Positions 1-9,879 are shown, counted from the first letter of the stretch. The stretch: 45,848 nt of DNA from an uncultured Legionellaceae bacterium (GCA_964525945.1 CAZGKX010000015.1:1-45848), one strand, 5' to 3'. Notes: generated by a model not told the origin, from the letters alone. Numbers and translations: made by a program.

Positions 1-2
1 AT

Positions 3-3000
3 TGTGACTTCACAGCGCAAATCCAAACCGGCGAAGGTAAATCGCTCACAGCCGCATTGGCTGCCGCCATGCTCTCACTCGAGGGAAAAACCGTTGATGT
101 TGGCACCAGTAACTTATTTTTAGCCCAAGAGGGACTGACCGAAAATAAATCATTTTTTGATTATTTAGGTATTCCCACTTCGTTGATCACATCCGATAGT
201 CACCCCGACGATTACAAAACCGGCGGAATTCATTACTCCAGCATCTCCGAATTGGCTTTAGCACGTTCAAAAATGATGTTGATGGGCAAAAAATTTCCTA
301 AAAATTCAGCCCTCGTTGCCGATGAAATTGATTTTTCCACGTTGGATGACAACACCCGTTATCGTTTTGCAAAAATCATAGATCCCGTAACCAACCCTTA
401 TGAAAGTCCTTATCTCTGGATTTATGAAGCATTGATTAACTACGTTGATGCCCAAGACACGCCTAAAAATGACGCTACGTTTCTTAAAGAAGCTCAGCGT
501 TGGTTAAAAAACAGCGCGCAGGAAAAGGAACAACGTGACCAACTGAAGATGCTGGAAGCCAACCCAGAGCTTTATAAACAACGTCTGGAAACATGGCTGA
601 TTGCCGCCGGAAAAACCGCACAGTTATTGGCAGAAGAAGAAACCAACGAAAAGAAATTCAGAGTCCTCACTCTCACCCATAAAAAATACGGTTTTGTTTC
701 CAAAGCATGCATTTTAGCCAATGGCCGTCCTAATATTCCAGCTGAATTCAGTGACACCATTCAACAATTTTTACACACCCGTTTGCGTGCGAAATACCGC
801 AACCAAATCAGCAATGGCAGTATGCCTAATTTTTTGGTTGAGCCGGAGAAAACCTACATCACCTCCCTCAACAGCAAATTGCTATTGAATCAATACCAAC
901 GTCGTCTGGGAATGAGTGGCACGGTGGGATCCCGGAAAGAAATCCAGGAACAACAGACAAAATATGGTTTTCGTTTTATCGATATCCCACCGTTTGCACC
1001 TTTAAATCGCAACGAATTGCCCCCCCTATTAACCAACCCTAATTTTATTGGCGATCCTGAACGAGAAGATGCCGATCATTTGCATAAAATTGTTAAAGAC
1101 GTGCTGCGGATGTTAGAGTTGAAAGCCAAGGGTATCCCCTGTGATCCGGTGTTGATCATTTGTGAAAACAAAACCAAAGGCGAACAAATTGATGCAGCCC
1201 TTCGCGCGGCGATCAATGCCAATTTGCAAAAATATGGCAACCAATACACCGCCATTCAAAGCTATTTTAGCAGTGAGAAATCAACCCCTGAAGAACGAAA
1301 CGATGAAGAGCGTGCATACAAAGAAAAAGCAGGGAACGCAGGTGTCATTACCATTTCAAGCGTGTTTGATCGCGGCACTGACATTAAAGTGGATGAAAAA
1401 AGCTATCTCTCCGTTATACAAACCTATGTGGATACCGACCCGTACTCCAATGAAGATCTCGAACGTGCAAAACGTCAAAAAATCGGCCGAGCTGCTCGGC
1501 AAGGGCAGTATGGCGAAGCGCGACTTATTGTGAAACGCAGTGAATTCGCCGATGTTTATACCACCAAACAAATGCGACAAATTCCCTCCACCGTAGCAGG
1601 TCTTGATAAAGCGATCCGTGATTTAAATAATTTTCGAAATCAAAAACGTGAGATTGACCGCGAGCGCCGTGAAGCATTTGATGATATAAAAAATGTGCTG
1701 TATCAGCAATTTTTGACCTACATAGACGTTATCAATGCCAGTGATGCCCCCAAAGAAATGGCGCGCAATCTGTTGTTAAAAGAGTGGGAATTATTGCTGC
1801 GGCGCATCGATAATCAATGGAGCAGGTTGCACGATCTGCCAGAAGCAGCGGATGATTTTGAAAGTTTACTGGCGAGCATTACCGAATTTTCCTGCACGGA
1901 ATGGAATAAATTAACACCAACGGATGGTCCATTGGATACGGTCCTTCAAAAATGGTTGGACAGATACACCGTTGAAGTCGAATTACCCGAAGCTCTGGAC
2001 CTGGAACCAGAAGAGATTTTGGTACAAATTAAAACAAGACATCCGTTATTAACCAGTCATTACACCAAGGAAAGCCAAGGTTTTCATCTTGACCCAACCT
2101 TATCAGCGGATCAGGTCTATTGTGATTTTGCGGCGCTGGAGAACGATGCGACAAGGGAAGAGGAACTGCAAGAGCTCAAACAAAACACCACCCTTGCTCA
2201 ATTTATGGAAATGGCAGAAAAATTATCATCCCCAGCTTATTCACATTTATTACGTGATCACTACGATCTCAGTGGTTATAAACATAAAACACCGAATGAA
2301 TTGGTGGAAGAAGTCATTGGCGCTTTGTTATTTTTACGTTATAAGTCCTATCGAAGCGGCAATCCCTTAGCCCATTCAGAGCTAAAAAAACATTATCAAA
2401 AACTGATGAATGCGACCTTATGGAGTCAAGATGGCGAGCTAGAAAAAGCCATGATGACGGCTCAGCAAGACCATATGCTTGCTTTAAATGAGCATCGTGG
2501 TGCTTACGAGGAAAAGAAAAGCAATTATTTGCAATTGATGATGGGGGAATTAAACGATCGCATGCCGACCCAGACCAACACATGGAAAACATCAAAGTTT
2601 AGCCAATGGTGGGCATTCCCCGGCTTTGCAAAACGCAGTTTAAATTTGTTATCCGCTTACAGAAATAGATGGTGGACCCGCAGTTATGTCAGCAACGACC
2701 GAATTAAAACCGTTGACACTTTGATGAAATCGCTCAAGCAAGCAAATTCCCCAGAAACGATCCTGCAAAGCTTGAATCAAGCACGCCAAACTTTATTGGA
2801 TGAAGATTTCAATCACCATCGTCTGCTCAGTGCTGGTTTAAAGGGACGCCTAAACCTTTACCTTGATGAAATACGTGTCCATGTGATTGCAGCCACAGGC
2901 TCGAGCACCTTGGATACCTTGATTCAATATGAATTGGAAGATATTAAAAACGTGTTGGATGCCTTTGCCAATCGACTTCCTGGGCGAACCCATCTGGATG

Positions 3001-3947
3001 CTATTCGCAAAATATTAAAAGACAATGCAACACAAAAACCAAGTGTGGAGCAGGTTTATCAACAATACCAAGCTTTGTTGCAATTTTTTGCGCAAGCAGA
3101 AACATTCGCTCCTCTGGCCAAAAAATTAAAAAATAAAAATGAACAAGCCCTTTGTGACTATTGCCGCAAGAAAAACAACGAACTGACTCATTATTTTGGG
3201 CAAACAGACGGATTACGCAACATCATTCATCAAGATCCTGTTGCTGTATTTCGCGCCGCCAGCATTGCGGCAACCACCGTCGTGCAACAACAATATCCGG
3301 TGGTGTACAAAAAAGATTTAATAGCAAACATTGAGTTTAATGAAAAATTAATACCGATTGACAATACCTTGCCGCAAGGCAAACTCAATACCCTGCATCC
3401 ATTTTACTTAAAAATAAACCAAGAAACAGTTTACAAAGCGCTGTTGAAAGAAGTGGAAAAAAACATTGTCGAACAACGGTCTGGCGATACGTTGGTCAGC
3501 TTTAATGCTTTATTTATAGAGCAAAGTGACCACTATGGCTTTAACGGATTTAAAATTAAAATTGAATTGAATATTGATGGGTTAGACACAAACATCGATT
3601 ACCACTTTAACAATGAGAGTGAAACGGTATTTTGTGACAATGAATCGATGCCAACACTCGATGCCTTAGAACCAGCATTACCCCCTCTGCCCGATTCGAG
3701 AACCGATGAATTTGGTCAAAAATTAAGTGGGATTTATCGTCAAAATGCACGCATTTTTGCGCAGATTCCGCCAGAATCCAATAAATTTAAAGCATTGCAA
3801 TCGTTGCAGGAGCAAATTGAACAGGATTATTTAACCTATCAATCCCAACAAAGCAATTTAGGACAAACGGCTTGTTCTTACCAAGAGTTTATAGAAAATT
3901 ACAGCGAATTAAAGCCACGCGCGACGAACAAAGGATTGCAGTCATGA
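3..3947 (+). CDS. Large SecA-like (SF2/DEAD-motor) ATPase-domain protein with a roughly 800-aa uncharacterised C-terminal extension; 5' end cut by the window edge
   Basis: The frame is open from nt 3, with no stop before the track's first M at 57. The N-terminal half aligns by eye to SecA motor motifs: QTGEGKSLTAA (cf. SecA TGEGKTLTA), LVADEIDFSTLDD (cf. LVDEVDSILIDE), GMSGTVGS (cf. GMTGTA), FDRGTDIK (cf. AGRGTDI), IGRAARQGQYGE (cf. RGRSGRQGDPG). The remainder has no domain I recognise. Confidence 0.8.
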   Translation, partial: CDFTAQIQTGEGKSLTAALAAAMLSLEGKTVDVGTSNLFLAQEGLTENKSFFDYLGIPTSLITSDSHPDDYKTGGIHYSSISELALARSKMMLMGKKFPKNSALVADEIDFSTLDDNTRYRFAKIIDPVTNPYESPYLWIYEALINYVDAQDTPKNDATFLKEAQRWLKNSAQEKEQRDQLKMLEANPELYKQRLETWLIAAGKTAQLLAEEETNEKKFRVLTLTHKKYGFVSKACILANGRPNIPAEFSDTIQQFLHTRLRAKYRNQISNGSMPNFLVEPEKTYITSLNSKLLLNQYQRRLGMSGTVGSRKEIQEQQTKYGFRFIDIPPFAPLNRNELPPLLTNPNFIGDPEREDADHLHKIVKDVLRMLELKAKGIPCDPVLIICENKTKGEQIDAALRAAINANLQKYGNQYTAIQSYFSSEKSTPEERNDEERAYKEKAGNAGVITISSVFDRGTDIKVDEKSYLSVIQTYVDTDPYSNEDLERAKRQKIGRAARQGQYGEARLIVKRSEFADVYTTKQMRQIPSTVAGLDKAIRDLNNFRNQKREIDRERREAFDDIKNVLYQQFLTYIDVINASDAPKEMARNLLLKEWELLLRRIDNQWSRLHDLPEAADDFESLLASITEFSCTEWNKLTPTDGPLDTVLQKWLDRYTVEVELPEALDLEPEEILVQIKTRHPLLTSHYTKESQGFHLDPTLSADQVYCDFAALENDATREEELQELKQNTTLAQFMEMAEKLSSPAYSHLLRDHYDLSGYKHKTPNELVEEVIGALLFLRYKSYRSGNPLAHSELKKHYQKLMNATLWSQDGELEKAMMTAQQDHMLALNEHRGAYEEKKSNYLQLMMGELNDRMPTQTNTWKTSKFSQWWAFPGFAKRSLNLLSAYRNRWWTRSYVSNDRIKTVDTLMKSLKQANSPETILQSLNQARQTLLDEDFNHHRLLSAGLKGRLNLYLDEIRVHVIAATGSSTLDTLIQYELEDIKNVLDAFANRLPGRTHLDAIRKILKDNATQKPSVEQVYQQYQALLQFFAQAETFAPLAKKLKNKNEQALCDYCRKKNNELTHYFGQTDGLRNIIHQDPVAVFRAASIAATTVVQQQYPVVYKKDLIANIEFNEKLIPIDNTLPQGKLNTLHPFYLKINQETVYKALLKEVEKNIVEQRSGDTLVSFNALFIEQSDHYGFNGFKIKIELNIDGLDTNIDYHFNNESETVFCDNESMPTLDALEPALPPLPDSRTDEFGQKLSGIYRQNARIFAQIPPESNKFKALQSLQEQIEQDYLTYQSQQSNLGQTACSYQEFIENYSELKPRATNKGLQS

Positions 3948-4327
3948 GAGCATTTTTTACCAACACCGTGAATGCTTTTTTTCGAACGCCGATAGCCGTA
4001 GATCCATTGACCGGTCTAAGGGATAGCGTGGAAAAATTGACCGAGACCCAAGGCGCGTTAAAGGCGCAACAAAAAAGACTGCTGCAGTTGCAAAGAGAGC
4101 TTGCCGATTATTGCGCACAAACGCAACAAAACATTGACGCATTGCAATTAAAAAAAACAGCGTATCCAGGCAGCGTTAAAATTCAACAACATTTGGAGTT
4201 CTATTTGGCAGAGCGAAATGCTTCGGAACAAAGATTATTGGAAATCAACCAAGAATTGCAACGCATCGAGCAAAAAACGCAAGCCTTAAAAGAAGAATTT
4301 CCAGTGCTTTTTACCCATAAAGCATAA
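3944..4327 (+). CDS. Small (127 aa) coiled-coil protein, translationally coupled to the SecA-like gene
   Basis: The ATG at 3944 overlaps the upstream TGA (ATGA, 3944-3947) and is in frame with track ORF 3872-4327. The sequence is heptad-like and rich in Q/L/E (LKAQQKRLLQLQRELADY, LLEINQELQRIEQKTQALKEE). The track start at 3872 lies inside the upstream gene and is less likely. Confidence 0.55.
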   Translation: MRAFFTNTVNAFFRTPIAVDPLTGLRDSVEKLTETQGALKAQQKRLLQLQRELADYCAQTQQNIDALQLKKTAYPGSVKIQQHLEFYLAERNASEQRLLEINQELQRIEQKTQALKEEFPVLFTHKA

Positions 4328-4351
4328 ACCTCTCTTACGATCACAATTCAG

Positions 4352-5362
4352 TTACAACGGGCTTGAACCTAGAGTTGTATTTAATTCATTCAAACACAAG
4401 TTCAACCGTGCAAAAAAATACATGATATTAAAAAAACCTAGGGCCTCACTTTCCAGTGATGCAAAACGGGCCGCATCGTCCTCAATCGCTTTGGTGACCA
4501 ATTCTGTGACGCGCGTCACAGGCAGCATTTCAACCGGTTCCTCTTGCTGAAAACGTTCGATCAAACGCTGAATATTGTGACGTGTCGTTTGCATGGCTAT
4601 CAATATATGAGCACTGTCTTCTTTTTTTAAATAGGGAACCAACCAAACATAAGCGTCAATTAAATTAATCACATATTGCGTGCATAACGTGGTTTGGTTC
4701 AGCAATAAAGCAAAATCCCGGTGCGACAAACGGTGAAATAAAAGCTCATAACGAATGGCCAACGCTTTACGGCGAATGGCTTGGCATTCCATGGCCAAAT
4801 ATTGGCCTGACATTGCGCTTTTTACCTGCTGTTTACCATCAAAAGCAATCACCAGCGAAGCATTGATTTTACTCCACAATCCTGTGAATAAATTTGAAAT
4901 ATCTGTTTTTGTCGAAAAAAAACCCGCGCTCACCATCAAGGCAATCAAGGCGCCAATCGTGGTTTCTAAAATACGATCAAACAAAATGGCAACCGTCCAA
5001 TCCCCCATCAAAGCAAATAAAAACACCACAAAGCACGTCAAACAAAAAATAGATATCAAATAAACAATTTGCAACAGGTAGACGGTAAAAAAGACAAAAA
5101 ACAACAATAAACCGAGGATCAACTCATGATTATTCGGCACTGTAAAATACAATACCGTGCCAACGATTCCCCCAAAAATAGTCATAGTCACCCGTTCAAC
5201 AGAACGTTTAACGCTTTCTCCCCATGTTTGCATGGTTAATGCCATCGCAGTGAGAGTGACCCAATACCCGCGTTCCAATTGAAAATACCAACCAATGCAT
5301 TCAGCGATGCAAATGGCCAACGCGGCTTGGCAAGCCATTTTCGTCGTTCGTCTAAGTTTCAT
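4352..5362 (-). CDS. FUSC/ArAE-family (YccS/AaeB-like) integral membrane protein, 'second half' type
   Basis: Carries a FUSC-like signature (RGYWVTLTAMALTMQTWGESVKRSVERVTMTIFGGIVGTVLY), followed by several TM helices and a soluble helical tail. The ATG at 5362 is preceded by GAGGA with 6-nt spacing. The track start at 5368 is a TTG. Confidence 0.6.
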   Translation of the reverse strand: MKLRRTTKMACQAALAICIAECIGWYFQLERGYWVTLTAMALTMQTWGESVKRSVERVTMTIFGGIVGTVLYFTVPNNHELILGLLLFFVFFTVYLLQIVYLISIFCLTCFVVFLFALMGDWTVAILFDRILETTIGALIALMVSAGFFSTKTDISNLFTGLWSKINASLVIAFDGKQQVKSAMSGQYLAMECQAIRRKALAIRYELLFHRLSHRDFALLLNQTTLCTQYVINLIDAYVWLVPYLKKEDSAHILIAMQTTRHNIQRLIERFQQEEPVEMLPVTRVTELVTKAIEDDAARFASLESEALGFFNIMYFFARLNLCLNELNTTLGSSPL

Positions 5363-6398
5363 CTGCAATCCTCAATAATTTTTTCGCATGACGATTCAAG
5401 AGATTGAAACTAAGTTTTAAATTCAATAAAGAAATAATGATAGCCGGTTCAGCAGTTGGACTGCGGCCCAATGATTTCACCAACGGCGGTAAAAACACGA
5501 TCGATGCGCTGGACACCACCGCGTATTTTTGATCCATGATCATCGAGGCAAATAACATTTCAAATTGTTGGTGAATAAGAACTAACTCATCTTGAGCAGG
5601 CTGCAGCAATTGTTGATTGTGACGGCATAACAAGTGGTAAGCATCGACCATCATCGCATAAGAATGCACCAACGCGTATTGTTCAAGTAAAAGATCGCTA
5701 ATTTGATTGCTTTGCTGACTGAATTCATCGCTTTGCTCTATAGCTTGATTGCTTTCCAACAAATACGTTAAAGTGTTTTTTATGCGTACAAACCCATATT
5801 TTTCAAACGCTTGTTCTTTCGACTGACCCGTTACGTATTGACGAAGCTCATGCATGCCTTGCGCCAAAGAACGAAAAATACGATTGGAATTCCACACAAA
5901 CAAACGGGGATAATTTTCGGGCAAAACGAAAATATTCACCATAGCCGATATGAATAAGGCTAAAATCAAGGCATAAATGTGCATCCAAATTTCTGCCGTG
6001 CTGTTGAAAGGCAGGATGGTTGCAAAAAAACAAAGGGTCCAAGCCATCATCGGCGCTACACTGGTTTGTAAACCAAAACGGCGGACATAATTTGCAACAA
6101 ACCCCATCATCACCAAAACAAGGCTGGTTCCTATTGCTGAATCACGCACCAACAAACCGAGTATAAACACTATAAAATAAGTCAAATCAAAGAGAACGAT
6201 TTGCTTGAGACGCGATGTAGAGGACTTCGCCACCACGCCCTGCATTGAAAAACCACATGCTAAACCCACCATGCCTTTTACAAAAATAGACTCTCCACGC
6301 ATTAACCACAATGCAATTAAAATTGCCAATATAGTTTTAAACGCGTGCTTTAATCGGAAATAACCGGGATCGATATCCCACAATTTATGCATGTTCAT
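5352..6398 (-). CDS. FUSC/ArAE-family (YccS-like) integral membrane protein, 'first half' type
   Basis: Has an N-terminal multi-TM region (LKHAFKTILAILIALWLM...) followed by a soluble helical domain. This matches the TM-plus-cytoplasmic-domain layout of one half of YccS/AaeB-type proteins. It overlaps the downstream gene by 11 nt. Confidence 0.55.
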   Translation of the reverse strand: MNMHKLWDIDPGYFRLKHAFKTILAILIALWLMRGESIFVKGMVGLACGFSMQGVVAKSSTSRLKQIVLFDLTYFIVFILGLLVRDSAIGTSLVLVMMGFVANYVRRFGLQTSVAPMMAWTLCFFATILPFNSTAEIWMHIYALILALFISAMVNIFVLPENYPRLFVWNSNRIFRSLAQGMHELRQYVTGQSKEQAFEKYGFVRIKNTLTYLLESNQAIEQSDEFSQQSNQISDLLLEQYALVHSYAMMVDAYHLLCRHNQQLLQPAQDELVLIHQQFEMLFASMIMDQKYAVVSSASIVFLPPLVKSLGRSPTAEPAIIISLLNLKLSFNLLNRHAKKLLRIADET

Positions 6399-6505
6399 GA
6401 CTGATTACCATGGCAAGCAGCGTCATTTCGTATTATCCTTAGGGGTTATAAATGGCACTCAAGCCCTAAATCATTATCCTATGTTTTATAAGATGATAGC
6501 AAATC

Positions 6506-7621
6506 ATGACTACAGCTGAATTCGTTCTTGATAAAAACAACCATTACTTGTGCAAAGGCAGCTGGTCTATTTTAAATTTAGGTGAATTATTTCAGCATTT
6601 TACAAACAGCCCTATGCCTTCCGCGCAAAAATTAATTATTGACGGTTCGCAGATAAAATTGTTTGACAGTGCTGGCGCCCTCACGTTGACGCAATGCTTG
6701 CACACGTTAAAAAAATACAACAACAACATTGAGTTAACGGGTTTCAATGAGCAACATCAAACGCTGCTCACATTAATTGATGAAAAACATGCTAATTTGG
6801 AGTACAAACCTCCTGCAACCACATCGCATGGTCCGCTGCATTTTTTAGGCAAAGAAACCGTACATAAACTCCATCAAATCGATGGATTGATTGTTTTAGT
6901 CGGCGACTTAACCGATAAATTGTTTGCTGCCATGGGGCAATGGCGTCGCTTCCAATTTCCAAGTATTGTTTCAAACATTGCCAGCACAGGACTCAAAGCA
7001 TTGCCTATCGTCGCCTTACTCTCTTTTCTTATCGGCGTCGTATTGGCTTATCAAATGGGATTGCAACTGGAAACGTATGGCGCCAGTATTTTTATTGCTT
7101 ATTTATCAGGCATGGCCATTTTTCGAGAATTTGCCCCGTTGATCACCGCAATCATTGTGGCAGGACGCACCAGCTCTGCATTTACAGCTCAAATCGGCAG
7201 CATGAAAATTAACGAAGAAATTGACGCGCTGTACACCATGGGGCTTTCTCCAACAGAATTGCTCGTGATTCCAAAAGTATTGGCGTTGCTGTTTATTTTT
7301 CCTTTGCTTATTTTTTGGTCGGATTTTTTCAGTATCTTAGGTGCGATGATCATGTCTAAAGCGATGCTCAATGTCGGTTATTATGATTTCTTGACGCGCT
7401 TACAAGATAGCGTGGGCCTAAAACAAATGATGTTGGGTTTGTACAAAGCACCAGCCTTCGCTTTGTTGATCGCATTGGTGGGTTGTTTTCAAGGGTTTCG
7501 TGTAGAAGCTAACGCGGATAGCGTGGGCAGTCAAACAACCCGAAGTGTTGTGCAAGCCTTATTCTTAATCATTGTGACGGATGCGACGTATTCCATCATT
7601 TACAGTTGGTTGGATCTTTAA
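6506..7621 (+). CDS. MlaE/YrbE-family ABC permease with a fused N-terminal STAS-like domain
   Basis: The C-terminal ~260 aa are a multi-TM permease with the MlaE-type EIDALYTMGLSP motif. The N-terminal ~100 aa are soluble and look like a STAS / anti-sigma-antagonist domain. It is the first gene of a four-gene operon. Confidence 0.85.
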   Translation: MTTAEFVLDKNNHYLCKGSWSILNLGELFQHFTNSPMPSAQKLIIDGSQIKLFDSAGALTLTQCLHTLKKYNNNIELTGFNEQHQTLLTLIDEKHANLEYKPPATTSHGPLHFLGKETVHKLHQIDGLIVLVGDLTDKLFAAMGQWRRFQFPSIVSNIASTGLKALPIVALLSFLIGVVLAYQMGLQLETYGASIFIAYLSGMAIFREFAPLITAIIVAGRTSSAFTAQIGSMKINEEIDALYTMGLSPTELLVIPKVLALLFIFPLLIFWSDFFSILGAMIMSKAMLNVGYYDFLTRLQDSVGLKQMMLGLYKAPAFALLIALVGCFQGFRVEANADSVGSQTTRSVVQALFLIIVTDATYSIIYSWLDL

Positions 7622-7623
7622 TC

Positions 7624-8361
7624 ATGAGCACCCCCATTATAGAGGTGGAAGGGTTAAAAAATTACTTGGGAAGCCAATGGGTCCATTCTGATGTAAATTT
7701 CTCAGTAAACAAAGGTGAGATTTTTGCCATTATCGGCGGTAGTGGTAGTGGTAAAACAACCGTGTTGCGCAGTTTGTTGATGCTACTCAAACCAACAGCG
7801 GGCACCATCCGCATATTTGGCCAAGACATTGCCTCTCTTGATGAGGCCGGTGCAAATGCGCTGCGCAGGCGTTGGGGGATGCTGTTTCAACACAGCGCGC
7901 TTTTTTCAGCAATGACGGTGTTGGAAAATATTATGTTTCCTATGCATGAATTGACCCTGCTTGATCAAAGTTTTATGCAAAAATTGGCGTTGTTGAAATT
8001 AGCATTGGTGGGTCTCCCCAACGAAGCAGGGAATAAATTTCCCTCAGAATTAAGTGGCGGAATGCAACGCCGTGCTGCCGCGGCACGAGCAATAGCCATG
8101 GATCCAGAACTGCTTTTTCTGGATGAGCCAACATCAGGGCTGGATCCATTGAGTGCAAAACAATTTGATCATTTAATTGTTTTTTTACGCGATACGCTAA
8201 ACTTGACCATTGTTATTGTCAGCCATGATATTGAGTCACTGAAACGCACCACAGACAGGGTGGCTTTTTTGGGCGAAGGTAAAGTATTAAGCGTGCAGCC
8301 AATCAACGAATTAATGAAAAATAAACACCCATTAATTGCTGATTATTTTAGCAAAATTTAA
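7624..8361 (+). CDS. ABC transporter ATP-binding protein (MlaF-like)
   Basis: Walker A GGSGSGKTT, ABC signature LSGGMQRR and Walker B LLFLDEPTSGLD are all present. The ATG at 7624 lies immediately after the permease stop. The track start at 7606 overlaps the permease. Confidence 0.9.
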   Translation: MSTPIIEVEGLKNYLGSQWVHSDVNFSVNKGEIFAIIGGSGSGKTTVLRSLLMLLKPTAGTIRIFGQDIASLDEAGANALRRRWGMLFQHSALFSAMTVLENIMFPMHELTLLDQSFMQKLALLKLALVGLPNEAGNKFPSELSGGMQRRAAAARAIAMDPELLFLDEPTSGLDPLSAKQFDHLIVFLRDTLNLTIVIVSHDIESLKRTTDRVAFLGEGKVLSVQPINELMKNKHPLIADYFSKI

Positions 8362-8378
8362 AACAGGGAGCACACAAT

Positions 8379-9245
8379 TTGGAATCAAAAACCAATTATA
8401 CGATTGTAGGCTTGATCGTATTACTTCTTGCCGCTGGATTATTAAGCGCTGGACTTTGGTTATCCATCGGATTTGACCAAAAAAAATACAACAGTTACAC
8501 CATTTACATGAGTGAAGCTGTATCAGGTTTAAATGAAGACTCCTTGGTCAAATACAACGGGGTAAAAGTCGGTTATATCAGCAAAATTACATTGAGCCAA
8601 TTTGATCCGCAACAAGTCAAAATTCAAGTGGAAATTGTGGAGGGCACTCCCATCACCACCAGCACGCATGCCACCCTCATCAATCAAGGCATTACAGGCA
8701 CGACCTACTTGGGATTATCCGCAACATCCTCAACGCTGACTCCGTTGCAACGGGTGGCTGGAGAACCGTACCCCATCATTCCTTATGAGCCCTCTTTTTT
8801 AAATCAATTGGAACAAAATGTGAATGATGTCAGTGTGGGCATAAAACGTGTGCTGAACGAAAAAAATGCGGCATATTTAAGCAGCTCCTTAGCGAATATG
8901 GAAAAAATCACTGAAATCATTGCCATTAACAATGCGAGCTTAGAAAAAAGTTTACGCGATCTGCCGTTGCTTATTAACGAACTTAAACACAGCGCCGTGC
9001 AATTTAGTAGCATGGCCGGAGAACTGTCTGCGGCGGGAACCCAAGTCATAACCACCATGAAAGCAGGCCGCAGCAGCATTGATAAACTATCCCAACAAGC
9101 TATCCCGCCGGCAGTCACGTTGTTACGCCGCTTAAATTTGATTGCTGCAAATCTTGAAAAAACCAGCGCACAATTGCGCCAAAATCCCGCCGTGCTCCTT
9201 CGAGGTTCGGCACCACCCAAACCGGGTCCCGGAGAAAAAAAATGA
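8379..9245 (+). CDS. MCE/MlaD-family substrate-binding protein (single N-terminal TM anchor)
   Basis: TTG start at 8379, about 8 nt downstream of AGGGAG. An N-terminal TM helix (IVGLIVLLLAAGLLSAGLWL) is followed by an MCE-domain-like region (VSGLNEDSLVKYNGVKVGYISKITL) and a helical C-terminus. Confidence 0.85.
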   Translation: MESKTNYTIVGLIVLLLAAGLLSAGLWLSIGFDQKKYNSYTIYMSEAVSGLNEDSLVKYNGVKVGYISKITLSQFDPQQVKIQVEIVEGTPITTSTHATLINQGITGTTYLGLSATSSTLTPLQRVAGEPYPIIPYEPSFLNQLEQNVNDVSVGIKRVLNEKNAAYLSSSLANMEKITEIIAINNASLEKSLRDLPLLINELKHSAVQFSSMAGELSAAGTQVITTMKAGRSSIDKLSQQAIPPAVTLLRRLNLIAANLEKTSAQLRQNPAVLLRGSAPPKPGPGEKK

Positions 9246-9856
9246 AGAACCTAAATTCGAAACGATGGCTACCTTTATGCGGCGCGCTTTTGATAGCCTG
9301 CTCACCCATTAAAACGCCGGTCAGTGATCAATACAAATTGGAATCATTTAGCACTAAAAAAATTGCTTTACAAAAGACCAAACAATCTTTATTGATATCG
9401 CAACCGGATGCCATGCCAGGTTATCAAACCGAACAAATGTTATACACTGATAAGCCTTACGAATTAAGCGTGTTTGCGCATAATGCGTGGATAAGTGCCC
9501 CGGCGAATATGCTATACCCCCTGATCATCCAGAGTTTGCAGTTAAATGATTATTTTTTTGCGGTTGCCAGTGGCCCTGATGCCGATACAACCGATTACCG
9601 GTTAGATACCCAGGTGATTGCTTTCCAGCAAAATTTTCTGACCAAACCAAGCACGTTGGAACTAACGGTGCAAGCCGTGTTAAATCATGTGAGCGACGGC
9701 CGAGTGGTTGCGTCCAAAATGTTTAAAGAACGGGTGCCTTGCCCTCAAGACACCCCCTACGGTGGGGTCATCGCTGCAAACCAGGCCGTGTATGCCTTTA
9801 CCGCTAAGCTAAACAGTTTTGTGATAAAGCACGTGCAACACGATACAGGCGCGTAA
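9242..9856 (+). CDS. ABC-type transport auxiliary lipoprotein (PqiC/YmbA, DUF330-like)
   Basis: ATGA overlap with the MCE gene. Lipoprotein signal with lipobox LLIAC. Size and position, as the last gene of an Mce-type operon, fit the PqiC-like family. Confidence 0.65.
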   Translation: MKNLNSKRWLPLCGALLIACSPIKTPVSDQYKLESFSTKKIALQKTKQSLLISQPDAMPGYQTEQMLYTDKPYELSVFAHNAWISAPANMLYPLIIQSLQLNDYFFAVASGPDADTTDYRLDTQVIAFQQNFLTKPSTLELTVQAVLNHVSDGRVVASKMFKERVPCPQDTPYGGVIAANQAVYAFTAKLNSFVIKHVQHDTGA

Positions 9857-9879
9857 CACCACAGCAACACGGCGCCAAT

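Noticed and set aside
8804-9220. Numerous antisense or out-of-frame track ORFs nested inside longer genes, for example 8804-9220, 10094-10555, 10762-11136, 27214-27789, 35539-36212 and 36396-36722.
   Set aside because: Each lies wholly within a longer ORF that has clear family motifs or paralog support. Their translations are low-complexity or Cys/Arg-rich, as is typical of shadow frames.
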